From positions 248,001 to 312,000 of the forward strand of contig RSEE01000013.1 of assembly GCA_003971905.1 (NCBI GenBank): a stretch of DNA of 64,000 nt, written 5' to 3'. Each line of letters begins with the position of its first letter. Position 1 is the first letter of the stretch. Under the pieces are notes generated by a model, which searched no databases, was not told the DNA's origin, and saw nothing but the letters and a program-made list of their open reading frames with translations. The position numbers were made by a program, and so were the translations under genes. Below, one piece after another: positions 1 through 9,575 of the stretch. The DNA comes from Moniliella sp. 'wahieum' (Eukaryota).

Positions 1-2253
1 ATGTGACAGGGAGCTCCTCGCCTCAGCGCTCAGCGCCTCAGCTTCAAGCTCCAAGCTTCAAGCTTCAAGCCCAGTGTTTGATGCTTAGTTTTGCTGCGTT
101 GGCATGTCGCCCTCTGTCCTGCTTTGCACACCGCCGACGATGAATGGATCGGCATTGCGAGGTTCACGCGCCGCTGCTACATCATGCATCATCCATCGTC
201 TATCTGATCCCAGAGCGTCCTTGGCCGCATGGGTGGCAGGCGCGCGGTGTGTGCGGTGGGTGTGCCAGCGCCGACCCCCCCAGCACGGCTCCAGTCTCAC
301 CTGTCGCATCTAGTTGGCAGTCCTATCTTGGGCGGGGATCGTCGTCCGTGTCGCCTCGCCTCCGGCACGAGTGGCCTGCCGCTGCGAGCGCCGCGGATTG
401 GATCGCACATTTTAGAGCTGCGAGCAAGCAGCTGCACTGCCGCTCCGCCACGCACGGCAGCACTCTCCACCCCTGGCCCCCTCGGGTTGGCGCGAAGCCG
501 ACGATGGGTGATGCATGATGCCTACATGATCGATGATCGCCATCCAGCAGCGCTTAGCGCTTCGCTTCTTAGTATTTGCGCGTATTCGCGCGGGAATTGC
601 CGGCCGAAAAGGCCATGCCATTCGGGGGGGCATGCACGTGACAACCAACACGTACGACATACCCGTCGTTACGCATTCTCAGTATTCAGTTGTGCGTTAC
701 GAGGCCCTCACGGGACCTACACCCTTCTCTGTTGGTCCGCCCCAGCAGGTCCCAGCCTATCTTCGTGCTGGCAGCGACGATCCTCGATCCACGGCCATCT
801 TTCCCCTCTTGTCCACCGTTCCATATATAGTCCACCATCCCATCGCCCACGCTCCCCACCGTTCCAGCATGCAGCATAGGTTAACATTCCATCATATTCA
901 GTGTGGCGTAGCACGCCGTTCCGTTGTCATTACAGTAGCAGGAAAGCATGGCAGTCAGTAGCAGGAAAGCGGGGACGATGTATCACCCACAGAGGTTCAG
1001 GTGGCCGAAAAGATATACACAGCGTCAGGGCGCATTCTGTACCTGTTATCACGGACGGGCGCAGGCAGAGGGCCCGCCCCCGGAGGGTTTAGGCGTATAA
1101 CCCCTTGGAGGTCCTAAGGTCGACTCATGATAGTTACGCGCTTGGTTTCATTGGTGGGTCCGAGGGGGCTAGGGACAAGGAGAGGCCTCTATGCGTATAG
1201 CAGAGGCGGCTACAGGTGTGGCAAGGCTGCGTAGCTCCGGCTTGGACGGCAGTAGCGTGTCTGAAGCCTTCAGGCTCAGGGACGGGGAGGAAGCAGCGGA
1301 CGGCCTACGCTGCTGGACTGAAGCGGGACTGGGACTGGGGGCGGCATGGCTGATGTAGGCGGGATCACACGCGGCTGAACTGAACTGGACTTGGACTGGG
1401 GAACAAAGACTTGAAGACGGGAGCTGGAGGAAGAACTAAGAGGAGGAGTTGCCTGTACTGATCTGAGATGAGATCAGATCGAAGCTGACCGGCCTGACTC
1501 CATGACCAACCTGGTGACGGGGCTAGCAAGGTGAAGGGCGCGCGTAGGCTCCATGACGTTTGTTATGTGATACGACGGAGAGCTAGGTCCGGCTTATCGA
1601 TCGATAGCAGACCCCTGAGGACCTGACTCTTGGTTACTGCTCCGTCTGGAAACCCCGCCGAGTGATCCTTCTTGACCAGGATGGGCCACCGTATCAGCCA
1701 TGCTTCCGTTAACCACATGACTACTGTCCACCAGCGTTGATCGTTAACTGTAGACACTACAGCCACTGTTCCACCCGTCGTGGGATGCTACCGCACAGCC
1801 ACTGTTTCCATCGTCCATGCCATGGCATGGGGGGCAACGCGGTGACGGCCAAGTTACATTTACGGGGCGCTCCGGTTATCTACGGACTCAAAGAGCCGCA
1901 TGTCGTACTCTAGACATCTCATCCAAACACGCCTCAGTGTCCGGTTAGACTGGCGAGAGAGATCCAGTGGACGCGTGTTATCCATGCTGCGGATATCATC
2001 CGCGGTTCGCCATGGTCGCATGGGCACATCGGTATACGATGTTTTGTGCCCATCGCGCCCAGTCTTGGCAGAACCCGTTACCTGCTGCGCCCGAATGTGA
2101 AGCGTCAGTGCCCTGGAAACCACAGGTTCCGTATCTCTTCGGAAGGTCCCCCACATTCCATCCCTACGTTATATTATTCCTCCACGAGGAGACCACCGGG
2201 CCTACGGCCCGGTCAGCTGGGGCTTCGCCCCAGCTTGGTGCTGCGTCGCAGCC

Positions 2254-2370
2254 GCCACCGTAGCCACCGTTCCCCCGTCGCCACCTTAGCCACCGTTCCC
2301 CCGGTCCACCATTGCCACCTTAGCCACCGTTCCCCCGGTCCCCCGTCGCCACCTTAGCCACCGTTCCCCC
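2254..2370 (+). repeat. Four copies of 23-nt GCCACCKTAGCCACCGTTCCCCC with short spacers
   Basis: Copies at 2254, 2280, 2314 and 2348, with spacers of 3-11 nt. A related inverted copy lies at 3451-3480. Confidence 0.9.
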
Positions 2371-2402
2371 CTTCGCCAGCGTAACGCCAGCGCTGCCGCG
2401 AG

Positions 2403-3254
2403 ATGTGGGAGCAAAGTCGACAGGAGCTGCTCCAGAAGCTGGACGCTGCCGATGGTCGCCATGTGGTTGAGCACAGCAACCCGCTGAGCCACAACTGGTT
2501 CTCCGCCATTCCGTCCGTCCCGTACCTCAAGCTCTCCGACCAGCAGGTCCAGGTCGGTCTCCAGCTCCGCACGCTGTGCCGCACCACGCGCAGCATGTGC
2601 AAGTGCGGCGTCATGTCCTCGCTGGAGCGCATCATGTCTTGCACCCGCTCCCAGGCCAAGTTTGGTGCGTTGCATGACGCAGTGCGGGAGCCCATTCTCC
2701 AGCTTCTACGCTCCATCCCCGACACCCATGTCCGCAACGAACCTATGGTGGAGGACGAGGATGGGAGAAGACAGAGGACGCAGCGCACCGACTACCGCGT
2801 GATGGGGCCCGGAGCACTCGGAGGATCAGGAATGGAGGTAGACCACACGCTGCGCGACACGGGATCACTGGCGGCGCAGAGCGCGTTCCGGAGGGTGGTG
2901 CATGAGAGCACCGCAACCCCCTTGGAACGCCGGGAGAAGGAGCTGCTTCGGATGCTTGAACAAGCAGAATGCGACAAGAACGCCAAGTACCAGGGACGCA
3001 CTCAAGAGCCGTTTTTCCCCCTGGTTTTGACGACGCGAGGATACTACGGCACCAAGACGGCGGGCAAGTTGTTCGCGCATTGGAAGGAGTTGGCTACTAA
3101 GTCTCAGTGGAAATGGTTCCTCGCTCGGATGTCAACCACGTTCCTCCGTGTCCACACGCGCTTCCTGGGGTACGGGACCGGATGGCGTGAGCCGGAGGGT
3201 CCTGATATCCTGGCGATCCCCTGGTTCCTTAATCTTGGTGGCGCTTCCAAGTAA
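2403..3254 (+). CDS. C-terminal Zn-knuckle + restriction-like endonuclease region of a CRE/Cnl1/MoTeR-like non-LTR retrotransposon (5'-truncated, 283-codon open frame)
   Basis: CKCG-x6-R-x3-C knuckle (His replaced by Arg), LHD (RHD equivalent), EP..RTD..EVD..DKNAKY..FFPLVLTTRG RLE motifs. Clear similarity to the minus-strand copy (WEQSRQELLQKLDAADGRHVVEHSN vs WEKGPQELLKNLNGADGRNIVEHSN). Similarity extends upstream of the ATG to about 2385 (RQRC), so the Met is internal. Confidence 0.8.
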   Translation: MWEQSRQELLQKLDAADGRHVVEHSNPLSHNWFSAIPSVPYLKLSDQQVQVGLQLRTLCRTTRSMCKCGVMSSLERIMSCTRSQAKFGALHDAVREPILQLLRSIPDTHVRNEPMVEDEDGRRQRTQRTDYRVMGPGALGGSGMEVDHTLRDTGSLAAQSAFRRVVHESTATPLERREKELLRMLEQAECDKNAKYQGRTQEPFFPLVLTTRGYYGTKTAGKLFAHWKELATKSQWKWFLARMSTTFLRVHTRFLGYGTGWREPEGPDILAIPWFLNLGGASK

Positions 3255-4813
3255 CCCCGCAAGATGAACGGTTAGGTTTAGACGTAGCGTTCCCCCTGTC
3301 CCAGCCTTAAGCTCTGTCAATGAAATGGACGTGACTTAGAGATTCGCCCTGTGCACTTTTACATCAGCTGCCCCGTGCCACGTTCCACGCCCCTGCACCC
3401 AGAACCAATCGGTGATATTTTATTTCTATGTCGGTGTTGGCGACGTGTGAAACGGTGGCTACGGTGGCGAAGGGGGAACGGCAGCTGGGGCGAAGCCCCA
3501 GCTGACCGGGCCGTAGGCCCGGCGGTTCTCCTTGTCTATAATACCCGTCATGAGGCACTTGAGGCCTGAGGCCTGATGGTTCCTTCTGCACATAAGCAGC
3601 CCTGCCTAAGGCTTGCTAACTGTGGTCCTGATCGATCATCCTGCCCCAGTTCCAACCGTTCCATTCCTCTATCGCCCGTCCACCTTCTACCACCACCCTT
3701 ACGACGACTCCTTTAAGAAGTACGACCTGACACGTGCGATCACATGTGTCAAGAGCTGTGACAAGGGATGTGACATGTGATGTGACATGTGACGCATCCC
3801 CATGGGGAAAGGGGATTGAAATGTGCAATGCGAACCCGCAGCGCGGTCGTCGGTACGCCGACAAAAGAGCGCGGCTGGAGACTGGCTCGCTTATGCTGTC
3901 ATACCCAACGCTCGCGCCATTGCCCACCACCATCGCCACCACGCGGATCGACTTGGGGATGGAATGTGCGACCAGTGCGGATGGGAAGCCATGCGACGCT
4001 TTTTTGCGGCCCCTGCATGACCGCCTCCATCTGCCTCGCTGATTCTCCTGGGTCAGGGGCAACGGCGGATGAAAGCCCCATCCCAGTTGCCGCCGAGTGA
4101 CCCAGCCCCCGGCCATGGTACCACAAGGCCCAAGTCAAAAAGGACCACCGGGCCACATGTCCACATGCCCAACCCAGACTTCCAAAAGGTACGTCGAACC
4201 GCACAGGCCAAACCTTTCTGGTTGGCGATTGTAACGTGCTAGATCAAGGCTATGTGTGTCTGATCGAGAAAACGTGTTTGATTCTGGAAGCGCAGACCGG
4301 AAGAAGATCGATCGCAGCCGGAAACGGAGGAGAATGGAGGTTGTGCCTCCTTCGTCAGAGAACCGGGGGAGAGGATCAGGGTACTTGTGATGGTGGCGAG
4401 CAGCCCACAGATACAAAAAAGCCGTTAATCATCAAGGGGAGACATTGTCCCTGCAGCGGAGCCTGAACAGGGAGCGCCCGACCTCTGGCCATCAGCCTTG
4501 GGTGCCCGATGGGAGGCCCGCCCCCTGCATTACTTGGAATGATAACCCGTGTGGTACGAGCACGCCACGATCGGGACCCGACCGACCCGGTGTCGATCGC
4601 ATTTGGGGATGGCAGAGGGGGTGAGGTGGCACGAACCACTTCGGTACGGACGATCTGTTGGGGACGAGGCAAGGTGCCACTGCGTGCCGCGTCAATGCTG
4701 GCGACCACCAGAAGAAGGGCGACCGGACCCAGTCGATGCGAGTCGGCCCATTCAGTCTCGGTTGACGGTGGGGGCATGGACATTGTGTCGGTACTGGGGC
4801 GCATACATGTCTA

Positions 4814-6225
4814 TCAAAGAACGTGTGCGCTCTTCAAAGGCCAACCCACGCTCAGGTGTACAGCTTTTTGCGGAACTGCACTGCACACTCCGGGAAGCGA
4901 CATCAGACTTGGCCCAGATACGTCTGTACAACGGAACAGTGGCCTTCTGGACTTCCCCCCACACCCCGTCGCGTCCTCTTGCTCAGTCGGTTCGTTGTGG
5001 ATGTCAATTCCCGGGATGGAGCGCACAAGATTGAAGGTTGGCTCCCGCCGAGCCTCGTTCGATGCGCCTGTTTGGACTGGGTGTGGGTGCAAGCCAAGAT
5101 GCTCCCAAGCGAGGAGATCAGACCACAGTTGCACTTGCTGCGCGAGGAACGGGACAGGGTACTGGAGACTAATCTGACTCTGCTTGCCGGAGAGCACGAG
5201 AGGTACTTGGTTGCTGGCATTGGGGCAAGTCAAGTGCAGTTGAACGCCATTGCTGTGCTCAACGATATTGCGCCCATCGGCCCCGTTGAGGTTCTTGAGT
5301 AGCTCTTGAGGACCCTTCTCCCACTTCTTCCAACAGCGCTTGTGCTGTGTCGTAAATGCGTTTGCCGTGTATGCGCGTGGGGGCAACAAAAGTGTCAATA
5401 AGATGGTCGTTGACCTCATTGACCGCAGCACACGCGTGGAGCGCAATGTGCTAACAGAGCGGAAAGCCGCATCCTCCCATCGAAGAGGCAGGCTCATGAG
5501 GGTGTCGAAGTGATCGGCCTTCCTCCCTTGAGGGTCCTCGTTCTCTCCGATCCGCCGAAACTCCGTGCGGATCGAAGCGTCAATCTCGGCTAGCACATTG
5601 TCCTGCTCTCCCACCATCTGCATGATATGAAACCAGCAGGGGTGCAGCTTGGTCTGAGGATAGTCTGGCCATATATAAAGAGGCGTCCTTGAAGGGTGAT
5701 GCTATCAAACTCAGATGCGTTCAGCCTCAGGTGTCACGACCACAGTGATGCACCTAATCTGGCCCTATACTAGTCCCGTTCGACCCACACTCGCGGATTG
5801 AGGGCGAGACCCTGACGTGTCTCCATATCCAAAATCATGGCTCCACAGGCGGAGAGGCCTGTCTCTTAGCCGAAAAGGATAATCTCGTCCAGCTACGTCG
5901 TCACGAGGTGACCCATCCCAAGCTTGGCTTGCAACTTCTCCAAACTTGGCCGCACCGCAATGAAGAAAAAGAAAGGGGCGAGGGGGTCGCCCCTGTCGAA
6001 CACCGTTGTTCCCGTCCGAAGCAACCCGAAGCTGGATGGGTGCCATAGATCCACCGGCCCAAAGAAAGGAGATAATAGTGGGCCTAACAGTGGGGCGTGT
6101 TGACGAGTGTGCGACGCACAATCGAGCATGGCGGTGTGGTTGAATTTGCTTAGCTCCAGGACCTCCTCCCGAGTTGCCGCTGTTATGCGCTCGACCATCC
6201 TCCGCACGATAATGCTGGGGGCTGT
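4814..6225 (-). mobile_element. Degenerate CRE/Cnl1-like non-LTR retrotransposon (RT plus start of the RLE region)
   Basis: RT motifs across frames: ELSKFN, GVRQG/GDPLAPFFF (about 6010-5960), and YLDD decayed to *LDEII (5895-5878). The downstream frame 5623-4814 aligns with the ORF at 2403. Multiple stops and frameshifts. Confidence 0.8.
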
Positions 6226-6476
6226 GTGGCCTGTGATGCATGATGCATGATGCGTGATGATGCATCCAAGGCAGCAAGAGCCCAGTTGAAATTGCAAGCG
6301 CGGTGCTTACGTACGGCGATTTGTTGGGGTGGGCTGGTCAGCTGGGTGCGCCAGGGTGCGCCGTGCCCGCGGCCGGCCTGAGGGTCTGAGCTGCGGATGT
6401 GCCCACAACTTCAACTTCAGCTTCGTCCTTTTACCCAGCAAAGCCAACGCACCCTTCCTTGGCTACCTTGACCATC

Positions 6477-8920
6477 ATGGAGCCTGCCGGTGAGGCAACA
6501 GACCAGCTCCGCCTCATCCTCGAGCCACCCACCACCGCTCTGGCTGAGGCCATTACCCGGGGCCGCCCGCCTGGCGCGAAGCTGGCCGGGGACGAGGACG
6601 CGTCCGGGGCCGGGGCGCGCTTGTTGGCCGTGGGAGCAACGGGGGAATTGATCTGGCAAACGTCGGCGGCCGGCACGCCGCCCTTGTCAGAGCGGGCACG
6701 GCGACTGTGGGCGCAAACAGGCGACTTCTCCAAGTTCCGCGCTGACCTACTACGGGCCGTGTGGAGCGCGGGACGGAAGACGCCGGTGGGAGCTTGCGTC
6801 TGAGACCGAGGAAATGCGGCGGCGCCCCTCTCCAGCGAAGGCAAGGAGGAAGCGGCTGAACCTGCTCAACCAGAGGCTAGCTCGGCTGCCGTTTCCAAGC
6901 CGATGAGTGGGCTGATGACGATCGAAGAGATGCGTGGGTTGAAAGAGACGATGATGGCACATCTTTCGGCCGCGCGCATGCTGCCTACTTTAGCCACATG
7001 CTCGTCTCCCTTCTCGTCCTCAGCGGCAGGGAAAAAGAGAAAGAAGCGCGTTCAGGTACGGGCGCAATGGGGGCGCGGTGTCCTGGGCGGCGCTGGCGAG
7101 GCAGGAGATCGCTCGGCTCGGGCCGTGTCTGCCGCTCCCTCTGCTTCGGCTCAGCCGCTGCTGAGCCTCCTCCTGCGGCGGAATGGGGGTTGGATCCGAG
7201 TGTTCTTGGGGTATCCCGCTGCAGCTGCGAGAAGATCCATTGGACAGTCTTGTTATCGAGGAGGATGCCGAGGCGGAGGGAGCGGAGCAGGACACCGATC
7301 GCCCCGCCAATCTGGTGGGCGCCCTCGTTTCGGATTACGAGGTGGCCCGGGCTGCCGCGCGCAAACTGGCCATCCGACGACAGGGCATGCGTTCCGCCGT
7401 CGATATTCTGCACCATGGGGCGGGGCGGTTAGCGGCAGCAGTGGGGGTGCCTCCCGAACCCAACTGGGTTCCTGCCGATCCAGCCTCAGGCCTAGCCTCG
7501 GCGCCCCTGGGCGCCGAAGCGCCACCGGACGAGGAGCGGCAACAGGCTGTGCTTACTCGTGCTACCGAGCAGAATGCACTGGTGGACCAGGCAGAGACGT
7601 TGCGATGGGAAGCCTTGCGGCGCCTGCGCCGGTCCGGTTCTGGCTGGGCCCTGAAGCCGGTAAACCAGTGGAGGACGAGTTGAGAAGGACAGAGGGCTGC
7701 TGCTACAAGGGTTGCCGCACTACAACAAACACGAAGAGGCGCGGGACTTGTGGATTGGCTACGGAGTGCCAGAGGGTATGTTTTCATTCTTTGCCTTGCG
7801 TATGCGGCTCGGCTGACTCGAGCGATGGGTGGACGTACGGTTGGGGTAGCTGCGGTGCCGTACCGACGCAACACGCTGGCCTACCTTTCTCCTAGGGTGG
7901 AATCGGACTTGGATGCTGGGGCGCTGGCGAACCGGAAGAGATACCAGATCCCATCTTGGCACGCCAGTTGGTCTTTCCACCACAAAAGGCGCAACGGCTG
8001 GCCGTCAGCTTTGTCCTACGACAACCTGCTCCAGCTGAGCCGGACGGAACGAAGACCATGGCAGATCAAGTGTGGGTTCTGACCAGTGAGCCGGTTCAGG
8101 GCATGTCCGTCCCGCGTGTCCAGGCCCAGGGACTGGACCGTGTTCTGAGCACGGCGGCCAGGCAAGCGGCCGATCGGGAGCTGTTTGACGAGATTGTGCG
8201 CCAGGCGCGCTCGCTTTCGGGCACATACGATCTTCAGATCCATCCTGGCTCAGTCGAAATGGCAATCAGCAATCACCTTTCTGTCCGCTGGTCCCTGGTC
8301 TCTGACACGAGCGGCCCGGCCCGGACGCCATCCGGCGAGGCCGAGGAGGAGGAGGAGGACACCGACGCCGGAGCGACGGTGCAGTATTCGGCATTGGCAG
8401 CAAGTGTGGGTGCGATGGCACGGCTCGCGCTCGCGGCGCGCTACCGCGCGGTGGTGGGGGGACTACCAAGGCACGACAGCGGGAACGGTGGCGGGGGTGG
8501 TGGAGCCGCTGGGGGCGTATTTTTGTATGTGCACATGGTATTGCGGGTGCGGGCTGCGCTGGGGCAAGCGCTGGGCGGGTGGGCTCGGGGGCGGAGGGGG
8601 AGGCGGGCTCGGCGTGGGTGGAGCCGCTGCTGGCGGTGGGGGATACGGAGCGCTGGCTGGCGCGGTGGGGGCGGGGCGATGGGCGTGCGCGGACAGCACT
8701 GGCGGGGAGTGCGACGGTGGTGGGCAAGGGCGGGGTGCCGGTGGCGGTGCTGGCGCTGGGGTGGCCAGACCGGGTGGCGCTGGCGCTGCCGCGGCGGGCG
8801 GTGCGGCTGGAGCGGCCGGGCGTGGAGCGGGCGGCCGAGTACGCTGCGGCCGAGGTGCGGTGGTGGGGCCGGCAGGCCGAGGGAGCAAGCGGCGGACACG
8901 CCGAGCATAGCGAGTACTGA
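6477..8920 (+). CDS. MED17: Mediator subunit Med17 (Srb4)-like; several apparent sequencing frameshifts
   Basis: LSERARRLWAQTGDF, EMRGLKETMMAHLSAAR..HMLVSLL, MRSAVDILHHGAGRL, DLWIGYG and ARQAADRELFDEIVRQARSL segments occur in the order expected for fungal Med17. Pieces lie in ORFs 6399, 6903, 7183, 7956 and 8579. Confidence 0.7.
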
Positions 8921-9575
8921 GGCCGCAGGCCTGAATGCACGCAGCATGGCGGTGCGCTGGGCAGACGAGAGTGGCGCGGTGCGTGGGGCCACGTGGGCAG
9001 GTGTGGGGCGGGGTAGGCGGGGTCAGCAACTCAGTACTCAGTCAGTTGGCCGGGTGGAGCAGAGGAGGAGCGTCGGATGCGAGGGTAAGCGGGAGCGGGA
9101 AGCGGTAGCCGGTGTAGCCGCGAGTTACTCGGATGTGCCGCCAGTCGAGTGCGCCGGCAGCAGCGCTGTGGCGGCGGAGCCACCGATGTGGATGCAGCCC
9201 CAGCTGAGCTGTGAGATGTGAGTGTGAGATGTGTGGGCTGAGAGCAGCATGCAACTCGGCTGCTCCGCTTCCCAGGTGTGTTTTGGGGCGTGTGCGGTGC
9301 GCCGCTCCCCCCTTCTGCGCCAACACGCTGTCGGCCCCATCAAGCATGCAGTGCCGCAGGCGGTGCCCCCCTTTGTCGGGCCCGCTTTCACGCCCCCCCA
9401 CCACGTGCTGCCCCCGCCGCCCCACCGCCCCCGCCTGCCGGCCACTGCCAACCGGCGGATGCCCCGCACGCACGCCGCCATGCGCCACTCACGCTCCTCT
9501 CCCATCACCATTTCCCGCGCCTTGTTCCTGCCATGCCGGCACCCACAGGCACACTCAAAGTCTGGCTCCACGGCC

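Larger units (their letters stand above)
2185..3534. mobile_element. Composite element: inverted Helitron-3'-like twin-hairpin termini enclosing a non-LTR RLE fragment
   Basis: 2196-2235 is the exact reverse complement of 3483-3522 (40 bp). Each copy has two hairpins (loops GAA and GTA on the outward-reading strand), followed 7-8 nt later by CTTG|T (3531-3535, +) or CTCG|T (2188-2184, -). Subterminal repeats lie at 2254-2370, with an inverted copy at 3451-3480. Confidence 0.6.

Noticed and set aside
933..970. 15-bp direct repeat CAGTAGCAGGAAAGC x2
   Set aside because: Isolated local duplication with no associated structure.
1040..1810. Possible LTR/TE-derived sequence (similar-looking stretches also at about 14200-14515 and 23563-23852)
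   Set aside because: No coding motif, matching partner or TSD could be verified by eye.
2254..2370. CRISPR-like repeat-spacer array
   Set aside because: Spacers are only 3-11 nt and partly shared, the context is eukaryotic and there are no cas genes; TE subterminal repeats explain it better.
3271..3281. Telomere-like TTAGGTTTAG after the RLE ORF
   Set aside because: Fewer than two imperfect units; expected by chance.
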